Positions 38,241-45,682 of a DNA stretch of 45,682 nt are shown piece by piece. Position 1 is the first letter of the stretch. Every line of letters begins with the position of its first letter. Source of the stretch: Gemmatimonadota bacterium (lineage in GTDB: Bacteria > Gemmatimonadota > Gemmatimonadetes > Gemmatimonadales > GWC2-71-9); assembly GCA_039586365.1 (NCBI GenBank), contig JBDHKN010000031.1, forward strand, positions 1 to 45,682. The letters are read 5' to 3'. The position numbers were made by a program, and so were the translations under genes. The notes under the pieces were generated by a model. It was not told where the DNA came from. It saw only the letters and a program-made list of their open reading frames with translations, and ran no database searches.

Positions 38241-38900
38241 CTAGCTGCCCGATCCACCGCTTGTAGGCAGTCGAAAGGCGAGACCACCATGAAGCACGAA
38301 GGACACGTCCAATGGATCTCTGACGCCGAGGTTTACGCCAGCGGATGTCACGACACTCAGCGTACTCGTCAGATAGAAGTCCAATCCCACAGTGCCGTTC
38401 ATTACTAGAGAGTTGACCGAGTTTCCTTGGTCAACAAGAGTCACACCATCACTGGGACTGAATGCCGTGTGGGCTATCCCCACACCCAAGGCACCATTGA
38501 CGGTCAGGTTCACCGGTGTGGCCGGCACAAAGTTGCCGATACCGACGATGAGCCCGAGCTGATAGTAGTCAGCCTGCCCGATCACAGCGTCGGTATCGGC
38601 GACCTTCATGTCTGCGCCGAGTGCAGCCAACCCTTGCACACCAAAGGAAATCTTCCCGAGGTGCGGACTGGGTGCGCTCGAGACGGGGAAGATAGCCCGG
38701 CCTCCGTAGGTCAAAGCGGAATTCAGCTCAACGCCGGTGGTTGATGCATCAGCATTGACAACTTGTGCGACCTCATTGCGAGAAAATCGCCAACCAAGGT
38801 GAACCTCGAGTTGTGTGACCCAGGCAGGATGTTGGGCGAGGCTCTGGGCTGGTACCACCACGGTGGCTAACAGCAGAACTGAAGCAGGGGTTGGACGCAC
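38241..38900 (-). CDS. Putative outer-membrane beta-barrel protein
   Basis: GGAGGG before GTG; signal peptide; alternating amphipathic strands ending ...GGLAFRL. Confidence 0.7.
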   Translation of the reverse strand: MRPTPASVLLLATVVVPAQSLAQHPAWVTQLEVHLGWRFSRNEVAQVVNADASTTGVELNSALTYGGRAIFPVSSAPSPHLGKISFGVQGLAALGADMKVADTDAVIGQADYYQLGLIVGIGNFVPATPVNLTVNGALGVGIAHTAFSPSDGVTLVDQGNSVNSLVMNGTVGLDFYLTSTLSVVTSAGVNLGVRDPLDVSFVLHGGLAFRLPTSGGSGS

Positions 38901-39195
38901 GGTTCCCTCCTACGGTTCGGGAGGGGGACTCCGAGACAACTGAAATATCAGCGGATGGATCAGAGGATGGAATGGTGAACCGATTGGCAACTACGCTAAG
39001 CTACGACCTGGAGTTGGAGAGGGCCAGGTTGAGCTTAGTGATTTGGGGCCGCAAATTGACGCGGCTACGGCGGATTGAAGCGGACGCAGGCGCGCAGGTC
39101 GGCACTACGACAGGCGTCCCTCGGGTCCCACCGTGCGATTGACGGGGAGCGGGCTCGGCGAGAGTGAATGACTCACACCGTCGGACCGCGAGCCC

Positions 39196-40344
39196 TCATT
39201 GGCCGGATGGGGCACGATTGAGGTAGATGATATTGGGGCCGTCGGAGTTGGCGACCGCGATCTCTGGATATTCATCGCCATCGAGGTCCCCGACCGCCAC
39301 ACCGTACGTGACGTGTTCCTCCTCGCCGAACTGCAACTCTGTGTAGGTCCGCCCGTCCCCGCTGTTGAAGAAAGCTGCGTTCGCCATCCCGGCATTCCCC
39401 ACTACGATATCCACGTCACCGTCCAGGTCCAGGTCAGCCAACGCCACGGCGTACGTCGGACCGTCTGCACGGCCAAACACCGCTCCCTCAAGGAAGGTCC
39501 CAGCACCGTCTCCGAAGAACACGCCGTTGGGCTCTCCGATGTTTGCTGCAACGATGTCCAAATGACCGTCCCCGTTCAGGTCCGCCAAGGCAACGGCTCG
39601 CGTCTCGTCCCGACCGGTGCCAAAGGGCCGGCGCTCGGCGAAGTCTGCTGCCCCACCGTTGAGGTAGACGTAGTTCGGTTGTCCTTCCCGGTTAGCTAGA
39701 GCGAGGTCAAGGTCGCCGTCATGATCCACGTCGCCAACTGCGACTGAAATCGTGGCATCGTTGACCGCCCCAAAAGGTACACGGTGAGGAAATCTCGCCG
39801 CGCCATCGTTGAGATAAATGGCGTTCTCCGATCCACGGTTAGTGACGAGGATGTCGAGGTGGCCATCGCCATTGATGTCCGCGACTGTGAGACTTCGCGC
39901 CGTGTCGTTGTCGGGGCCAAACGTCGCCCCGTCATGGAATGTACCCGTTCCATCATTGAGGTAGATTCTGCTCGGCGCCCGATCGTTGGCCACCGCGACG
40001 TCAAGATCGCCATCTCCGTCGAGATCTGCGACCGGCGCGGCGTAGCTAGTCGATCGCCTGACCGAGAGCGGTCGCGCCATGGTAAACATGCCATTGCCAT
40101 TGTTGAAGAAGATCTCGTTCTCCTGCGCCCAATGCCGACCGTTGGCCACAACTGCATCGAGGTCCCCATCACCGTCTATGTCACCAAACGTCAGAGAAGC
40201 CGATCGGTCGGTGCGCGTGCCCAGAACGAAGTAAGGATGGAAGGTGAAGACACGATCCTGCCCCATCGTGTTCTGCGAAAGCACAATCGTCCCAACTAAC
40301 GGTATCACCCATGTGGCCAGTCGATTGAAGCTCACACTAGACAC
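39196..40344 (-). CDS. FG-GAP/VCBS repeat beta-propeller protein, secreted
   Basis: Seven (A/G)D(L/I/V)(D/N)xDGxxD/E repeats. Confidence 0.93.
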   Translation of the reverse strand: MSSVSFNRLATWVIPLVGTIVLSQNTMGQDRVFTFHPYFVLGTRTDRSASLTFGDIDGDGDLDAVVANGRHWAQENEIFFNNGNGMFTMARPLSVRRSTSYAAPVADLDGDGDLDVAVANDRAPSRIYLNDGTGTFHDGATFGPDNDTARSLTVADINGDGHLDILVTNRGSENAIYLNDGAARFPHRVPFGAVNDATISVAVGDVDHDGDLDLALANREGQPNYVYLNGGAADFAERRPFGTGRDETRAVALADLNGDGHLDIVAANIGEPNGVFFGDGAGTFLEGAVFGRADGPTYAVALADLDLDGDVDIVVGNAGMANAAFFNSGDGRTYTELQFGEEEHVTYGVAVGDLDGDEYPEIAVANSDGPNIIYLNRAPSGQ

Positions 40345-40381
40345 TGGGCTATCCCAACGATGCTGGGTTCACGTGATCTCA

Positions 40382-41311
40382 TTACTTGTCCATTGGCCGC
40401 AGCGCCTTCCATCGATTGATGAACCGAACAGCGGCGTCGACGAAGTCCATTGTCTCGACCCGCCCCTGCTCGATCGACGCATCTCGGGGATCTCGTTCGC
40501 TCCATGCGCCTGTTGATGAAATCTCGCGGGCGGATGTTCCTTTGCCGGTTTCTTCTGCCTTGAACCCTTCGGCTAGGAACACCCGTGACACAGTCGGATC
40601 CTCGGCCAGCACCTCGGGCACCACCCGCTCCAAATGATCTGGCATTGTGAGTGTCGCTGTCTGCGCGTTGGCCAAATCCACGAGATCGGGCGCGAGGTAC
40701 ATCAGCCGAGACGTTTCGCTAACCCCGGCATGTCGATCGAGCACGGTCGCCGTCGGCTGTGCCGACGCTGTCATGAAGGGAGCCGCAGCCGTGGCCAGGT
40801 CTACTGCGATTCCCGCCGTCTCCTGGTTGATTCGGTCCACGAGAAAAGCTACGGTGGCTCGATTGCCGCCGTGTGCGTTGAGGATCAAGAACCGTTTGAA
40901 TCCGTGGAGAAGTAGACTCTGTACCGCCTCAAAGTAGACGGCCTGGATGGTCTCACTTCGCAAGGTGATCGTGCCTGGGAACCCCATGTGGTAGGGCGAC
41001 TGCCCGGGCATTAGGATCGGCGCGACCAGTGCGTCAGTCTCTTGGGCGATCAATTTCGCCCGCTCGACACCGCTCACGAAATCGGTGCCGATGGGAAGGT
41101 GAAGCGCGTGTTGCTCCAACGCGCCAACCGGAATGATCACCATGTCAGTCCGGGTCAGGAGGTCTTCCACCTCGGGTCGCGTCATATGGGGCAGGTAGTT
41201 CTTGATCTTCTGCTCAGACCAAAGTGGGTTGGTTTGGCCAGCAGTCCGGGTTGAGCCGATCGTAAGGGCAACGGCCTGGGCAGCCAGCACAGCAATCGCT
41301 ATAGCTTTCAT
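40382..41311 (-). CDS. Creatininase family protein with signal peptide
   Basis: PVGALEQHALHLPIGTD, SPYHMGFPGTI, NAHGGN and HAGVSETS; GAGGA before ATG 41311. Confidence 0.92.
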   Translation of the reverse strand: MKAIAIAVLAAQAVALTIGSTRTAGQTNPLWSEQKIKNYLPHMTRPEVEDLLTRTDMVIIPVGALEQHALHLPIGTDFVSGVERAKLIAQETDALVAPILMPGQSPYHMGFPGTITLRSETIQAVYFEAVQSLLLHGFKRFLILNAHGGNRATVAFLVDRINQETAGIAVDLATAAAPFMTASAQPTATVLDRHAGVSETSRLMYLAPDLVDLANAQTATLTMPDHLERVVPEVLAEDPTVSRVFLAEGFKAEETGKGTSAREISSTGAWSERDPRDASIEQGRVETMDFVDAAVRFINRWKALRPMDK

Positions 41312-41341
41312 TGTGGTCCTCTGTTGGATAGTCCTGTGGTC

Positions 41342-41413
41342 GGCACCGGCTTCGCGCTCGATGGTGTAGCGGTCGGCGAAGGCGGCCTTGAGGCGATCGA
41401 GGGCGTCAGTCAT
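41342..41413 (-). pseudogene. Ser/Thr kinase 5' stub (MTDALDRLKAAFADRYTIEREAGA)
   Basis: GGAGG RBS; in frame (34 codons upstream, no stop) with the creatininase start. Confidence 0.8.
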
Positions 41414-41466
41414 ACAAAGCCTCCGGCTGTCCGTGGCCCGCCGCATCGCTCATACTCCACCGCCGT

Positions 41467-42363
41467 TCAGTCGGATTCGACATCTCTGAAGAAATCGAGT
41501 ACAAGCCGGTTGAACTCCTCCGGTTTGTCCATGTTCATGATATGACTGGCGTCCTGCAGCACCACCTTCGTTGCGCCATCGATTGACTCCTCCATGAGAT
41601 CTGCGATCTCCTTGCAGGCATCTATGTCGTACTCGGCAGTCACTACGAGCGTAGGCACACTTATTTCACCGAGGCGCCCCCCGGCTGACGGTTCGATGTC
41701 GGTCCACGGGTCGAGGTGAGTCATATGCCACCACGAATACTCACGGTTGAATGACTTCAACCTGTTCACCGTGGTGGTGTCCAATTGTGCCATTGCAGGG
41801 TCGTCGTATACCACCTCAATGACAGCGTCTGCGCCTCCCTCTTCGAGTGCAGATGCCATCTCTGCGAACATGTCGAATAGCTCCTGTACGGCTGGGCTGT
41901 CGTAGCCATTCACCCACGGTCCGACCGACACGAGGGAGCTTGCCATCTCCGGGTGCATCAGCACGAAGTCCACTGCGATACCCGAGCCCATCGACAGACC
42001 GACAATGTGAGCCTTCTCAACTCCCAAATGCCGCGTCAGTGCGGCTAGGTCATCGTGGTGGGTGTAGGGCTCACCTTCGACCGGCAGATTCGATTTGCCG
42101 AACCCACGAACATCGTATCGAATCGTGCGGTGTCTCCTCGCAAATACCTCGAACTGGTCATCCCAGTGTCGTCGGTCAGCGAAGTTCCCATGCACTAGAA
42201 CCACTGGGTCACCCGATCCAGCGACCTCGTAGTACAGTCGCGTCCCGTTCACCTCTGCGAAGCCGGTGTCCAGTTCTGACGTAGCTTCCTCAGATCAGCC
42301 TCCACAAGCGGTGAGCAACAACGCGAGGGGAACCACGACGGACGGAATCCAACGCAACCTCAT
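41467..42363 (-). pseudogene. Alpha/beta hydrolase lipoprotein interrupted by an in-frame TGA at codon 23 (catalytic part 41467..42252 intact)
   Basis: AGGAGG-ATG 42363 gives MRLRWIPSVVVPLALLLTACGG*SEEATSELDTGFAEVNGTRLYYE; VHG, DVRGFG and GLSMG motifs follow. Confidence 0.8.
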
Positions 42364-42479
42364 GATTGCCTCCTGACGGCGAGTGGGAAGAGGCGACAAT
42401 GATCTGTCCATGGATACGGGACGGATGGCGGTCCTCAGCAATCACCTTCCGCTACCGATGCTGCTGTACCTCGGGATGC

Positions 42480-42956
42480 TCACCCCTCAGCTGCTGGCAA
42501 CGGGTCGTTCGAGTTCCAGATATCGAGCGTGATCAACCAGGACCCATCCGGTTGCTTCCTGAAGATGTGCACCCACTTGCCCTCCATAGCGACAGTGTCG
42601 GCACCCACCAGAAGCGAGAGCGAATAAGCACCTCTCGCGTAAGCGAGATCACCGTAACCGTCCACCTCAACAGGAGCCGAGGAATACGACAGGACTGGAG
42701 GAGTCGCTTCGAGATGGGCCACTTCCGCTGCCCGTCCCTCGTAGATTGCCCCATTCGGTGGCATGAAGACCGCATCAACGGCGTACGACTCTGCAGCAGT
42801 GGAGAAGTCCCCTGCGAGTGCAGCCTCGCCGAACGACTGAACTACACCCCTGATCGCTGCGACATCTTCATCGGACAGCGGTTGAGGCTGTGGCCGACAA
42901 GCGGTCAAGGTGATAGCGAACGGGAGGAGAATGAAAGGAACCCGTTGTAACCTCAT
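42480..42956 (-). CDS. NTF2-like (DUF4440/SnoaL) lipoprotein
   Basis: LTAC lipobox; LSDEDVAAIR and RKQPDGSWLITLDIWNS. Confidence 0.9.
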   Translation of the reverse strand: MRLQRVPFILLPFAITLTACRPQPQPLSDEDVAAIRGVVQSFGEAALAGDFSTAAESYAVDAVFMPPNGAIYEGRAAEVAHLEATPPVLSYSSAPVEVDGYGDLAYARGAYSLSLLVGADTVAMEGKWVHIFRKQPDGSWLITLDIWNSNDPLPAAEG

Positions 42957-43124
42957 GACTGCCTCCTAACGGCGAGTAGGGAGAGGCATAGACTAACGTG
43001 GCAAGTCTGTGGTCAAGTACGGGAGGCTGCAAGGGCCTCGCGGCGTCGGTGGAGTTCTGACGGCTTGACGTTGCTTTGACGCCTGGTAGAGAACTTAGGC
43101 ACGTAGCGCTACAAGGAGGCAGCC

Positions 43125-43835
43125 ATGCGTGCCGCTACTTTGGGTGTTCCGTTGTTCTCGCTCTTGGTTCCCCTGTTGACTCTTTCAGCTCAGGTGGAGA
43201 AACCACCGCTTCAATACGGGCAGCGGATTCGCATTGAGACGTGCACTCCTATCTGTGAGCGGCGATACGAGGGATTGCTGGTGGAGTGGACTGCTGACTC
43301 GATGGCTGTGGAAGTAGAGGGAGCCACTGTGTGGCTACCGCAGTCGGAGGTTGCGGCTATCGACGTGGGGACTCGCCGCGGTTTCAGCGGCAGTGGCGCT
43401 GCGATGGGCGCTACCATTGGGGGACTCACCTGGGCCGGTCTTGCGCTGCTGGGTGACGGAGAGGTGGCGGCTGCTGCGGCCTTTGGAGCAGGTACCGGTG
43501 CTCTCTTCGGCGGTGGTGGCAAGAGCTCTTTGAAGGCTGGTGGTGTCGGGGCGGCCATCGGTGCGCTAACCGGTGCGGTACTCGGCGCCGTGACGTACCG
43601 AGAACCAGACCCGTGCACCGGCTGGTTCTGTCTTGACCTTGGGCCGAGCGATGCCGGCGAGGCCGGTCTGTGGGGAGCGGCTGGTGGTGCCGCACTGGGT
43701 TTCTTGATTGGCGGGATCGTGGGAGCCGTGATTCCATCAGAGGACTGGGTCGCAGTACCAGGCGACTGGGTTCGGGTCAACCTGGTAACTCGCGGTAGGG
43801 ATCAGGTGGGACTCGCTGCAGCAGTGAGCTTCTAG
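43125..43835 (+). CDS. Secreted hypothetical protein with glycine-zipper-like segments
   Basis: AAGGAGG RBS; signal peptide; repeated GAAIG/GxxxG segments; C-terminal F. Confidence 0.75.
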   Translation: MRAATLGVPLFSLLVPLLTLSAQVEKPPLQYGQRIRIETCTPICERRYEGLLVEWTADSMAVEVEGATVWLPQSEVAAIDVGTRRGFSGSGAAMGATIGGLTWAGLALLGDGEVAAAAAFGAGTGALFGGGGKSSLKAGGVGAAIGALTGAVLGAVTYREPDPCTGWFCLDLGPSDAGEAGLWGAAGGAALGFLIGGIVGAVIPSEDWVAVPGDWVRVNLVTRGRDQVGLAAAVSF

Positions 43836-43843
43836 CCAAAGAA

Positions 43844-44030
43844 GCCGAGCAAAGCGGCCCTATACCCACCTAGCCGACTCTTGTACCTCACTTCACATTA
43901 GTACCTGCCCTCAAGGCCACCGCGTGTACGGACCAACACGCCAGTGGCCTTTTGTGTCCCGCCGCCTGAGTAGACGTCGTAGCTGGACGCCGTAGACGCC
44001 ACAGTAAGACGCCCGACCGACGACGAGACC
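43844..44030 (+). repeat. Intergenic repeat family A, full copy
   Basis: Homologous to 17231..17392 with ~22 extra bp of GACGCC sub-repeats; hairpin AAGGCCAC-C-GCGTGT-loop-ACACGC-CA-GTGGCCTT at 43913-43951. Confidence 0.85.
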
Positions 44031-44088
44031 GACTGACCGCCGACGAGCCAATGCAGCGACCTTTGTTCACCCAACAGGATGAAGAGCC

Positions 44089-44733
44089 ATGAAACGAGTC
44101 ACGATTCTCTCACTTACAGCGCTGGTCGGCACGGCAATGTTCGGCCCTGTTGCCACCGAGGGACAGGCCACCAAAGTCCTCCTGATCGTGCCGGAGGACA
44201 GCTCGGCCGATCTGGGGTACATGCTCTCAAAGGAAGTGGGCGTCATGACAGACCTGCTTGAGCAGGCGGACTTTAATGTGGCTGTAGCTACAGCATCGGG
44301 TGAGCCACTCGTTGCTGAAGAAACGACCCTCACGCCCGATCTCAAGTTCAGCGATGTGAAAGTGAGCGACTATGCTGGTATCGTAATGCCGTGCCTAGCC
44401 ACCGGCGACGACGCAAGATCGCTGCCGCCTGAACTTGCAGCGATGGTCCGGGAAGCCGTGGCTGAGGGGAAACCAGTGGCTGCTCAAACCGGCGGGATAA
44501 TCACACTTGCCACGGTGGGGGTTCTGTCCGGGAAGAAGTACGCCTACGTGGAGGAGTGGGCGGCAGAGGTACCCGAATTTGAAGACGCCGTCTATAGTGG
44601 TAACGGTATTGTCCAGGACGGGAACATCATCACTTCTGCTGTCTGTCCCTATGCGGCGAGGATGCTTGGTCTGCAGGACGGTACTACTGGGCTGATCCAG
44701 GCACTGATAGCTCAGATGGGGGGTCAAAAATAG
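44089..44733 (+). CDS. DJ-1/PfpI family protein with signal peptide
   Basis: KVLLIV, LTPDLKFSDVKVSDYAGIVMP, GKPVAAQ and IVQDGNIITS. Confidence 0.82.
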   Translation: MKRVTILSLTALVGTAMFGPVATEGQATKVLLIVPEDSSADLGYMLSKEVGVMTDLLEQADFNVAVATASGEPLVAEETTLTPDLKFSDVKVSDYAGIVMPCLATGDDARSLPPELAAMVREAVAEGKPVAAQTGGIITLATVGVLSGKKYAYVEEWAAEVPEFEDAVYSGNGIVQDGNIITSAVCPYAARMLGLQDGTTGLIQALIAQMGGQK

Positions 44734-44807
44734 TTCAGGCCGTTACGCCTCCAGACGATATTGAATCTCACGTCGTCAATGTCCAACGCAACAAGCGGAG
44801 GTACACC

Positions 44808-45305
44808 ATGTTACGGCGTCTTACACTCTCGGTTCTATCGATGTGTCTCGCTGTTTCCACTGGCACGCTCGGCCAGCAGCGGGGTTCGCTGGCTGGACGG
44901 TACTCGATGGTCACTCTGTCAGCGGACACGCTTCGCTCTCCAGATGGTGGTGCCGTAAACCACGTCACTTACGCGCAGAACTTCCTTACCGACGATCCAA
45001 ACAACCCGTTCAACAACACCAGTGCCCGTTGCGCGGGAACGTTGATCATGTCGGAAGAGGACACGCCCATTGCGGGGGGTGGTGGCTGCTACGCCACGGA
45101 TATGGATGGCGATGGGTATTGGTTTTGGTGGTATCTAGAAGAGGCTGGTACGCAGAACTGTCCGACCATGTGTGGAGCCTGGGGCTCCTACAACGGCCAC
45201 GGCAAGTTTGAGGGTGTGTCGAGCAATGGCACCTTCACGGTCGTCGCGAGCTTCCTGGATGGTTCCATGATAGGTACCTCAGAGGGTACTTACGAAATCA
45301 AGTGA
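44808..45305 (+). CDS. Secreted hypothetical protein (beta-rich, four Cys in the mature part)
   Basis: GGAGG RBS; signal peptide; C..DMDGD and G.GKFEGV motifs. Confidence 0.75.
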   Translation: MLRRLTLSVLSMCLAVSTGTLGQQRGSLAGRYSMVTLSADTLRSPDGGAVNHVTYAQNFLTDDPNNPFNNTSARCAGTLIMSEEDTPIAGGGGCYATDMDGDGYWFWWYLEEAGTQNCPTMCGAWGSYNGHGKFEGVSSNGTFTVVASFLDGSMIGTSEGTYEIK

Positions 45306-45344
45306 AAGCTGAAACGTTCGGCTGTTCTCTAGCGAATCGCATGT

Positions 45345-45373
45345 GCCCCGGGCGTCTCGCGGGCGCTCGGGGC
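45345..45373 (+). terminator. GC-rich hairpin (terminator/REP-like)
   Basis: GCCCCGGGCGTCT-CGC-GGGCGCTCGGGGC; related sequences at 18688-18714 and 10907-10928. Confidence 0.5.
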
Positions 45374-45382
45374 TTCACGGGG

Positions 45383-45682
45383 TGGACTTCCCCCGAAAAA
45401 GTGGACACACAGTTAAGCCCCACCCAAGATTGGAGGTGGAGGTGTGTTCATGTCCAAGGCGAGACGGCGTTACAGTGCGGAGTTCAAGATTGAGGCAACT
45501 CGAGTGGCTCGCGAGTTGGGTATTGACCGCACCATGTTGCGTCGGTGGAAGCAACAGCTTGAGGGGGATTCTGCGGTAGCGTTTCTGGGTCAGGGGCGTC
45601 GGGCTGAGGTGAGTGAGGTGGAGCGTTTGCGGGATGAGGTGGCGCGGCTGCGCCAGGAGCGTGATTTCTTAAAAAAAGCGGC
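45383..45682 (+). mobile_element. IS3 family insertion sequence, left end (truncated by the window)
   Basis: Starts TGGACTTCCCCCGAAAAAGTGGACAC (IS3-type TG terminus), followed by orfA and an A7G slippery site at 45671-45678. Confidence 0.88.
45450..45682 (+). CDS. IS3 family transposase OrfA (partial)
   Basis: Absent from the ORF track. MSKARRRYSAEFKIEATRVARELGIDRTMLRRWKQQ...EVERLRDEVARLRQERDFLKKA (HTH plus leucine zipper). Confidence 0.9.
   Translation, partial: MSKARRRYSAEFKIEATRVARELGIDRTMLRRWKQQLEGDSAVAFLGQGRRAEVSEVERLRDEVARLRQERDFLKKA

Noticed and set aside
38972..39030. MVNRLATTLSYDLELER resembling a kinase N-terminus
   Set aside because: Weak similarity, and it overlaps leader repeat C on the opposite strand.
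39168..39190. Possible fifth kinase stub on the + strand (ATGACTCACACCGTCGGACCGC)
   Set aside because: Only ~20 nt of similarity and it needs an indel; could be chance.
42295..42297. Selenocysteine or alternative genetic code
   Set aside because: The position is a non-catalytic linker, no SECIS was identified, and TGA terminates many other genes in the window.
17231..44030. Repeat A as integron attC sites or a CRISPR array
   Set aside because: No RYYYAAC/GTTRRRY boxes flank the hairpins, genes are in mixed orientation, spacing is irregular and no intI or cas gene is present.

Overview
GC-rich bacterial DNA. The gene repertoire and the style of the Ser/Thr kinase N-termini suggest Gemmatimonadota, but this is inference. 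From 1 to ~16.4 kb the window looks like ordinary operonic DNA: two tandem PD40-propeller/amidohydrolase paralogues, an M15 peptidase-mpaA-spmAB operon, a PilT-type ATPase, an RRM protein, and M14 and M24 peptidases. From ~16.5 kb to the end it is a patchwork of single, mostly secreted or lipoprotein genes in mixed orientation, with a VapBC module, an IS5 remnant and the left end of an IS3 element. The most striking unexplained structure is in the spacers of this patchwork. (i) A modular ~160-190 bp intergenic repeat with a GGCCACCG/CGGTGGCC hairpin occurs in about 8 full or partial copies. (ii) Four 5' stubs of a Ser/Thr kinase gene (MTDxxxRLxxxLADRYTIERE) occur, two of them in frame with unrelated enzymes. 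(iii) Several shared promoter/RBS leaders and other 5' gene stubs occur. Together they suggest repeat-mediated shuffling of gene cassettes. No recombinase is visible in the window, so the mechanism is hypothetical. No rRNA, tRNA or CRISPR array was recognised.
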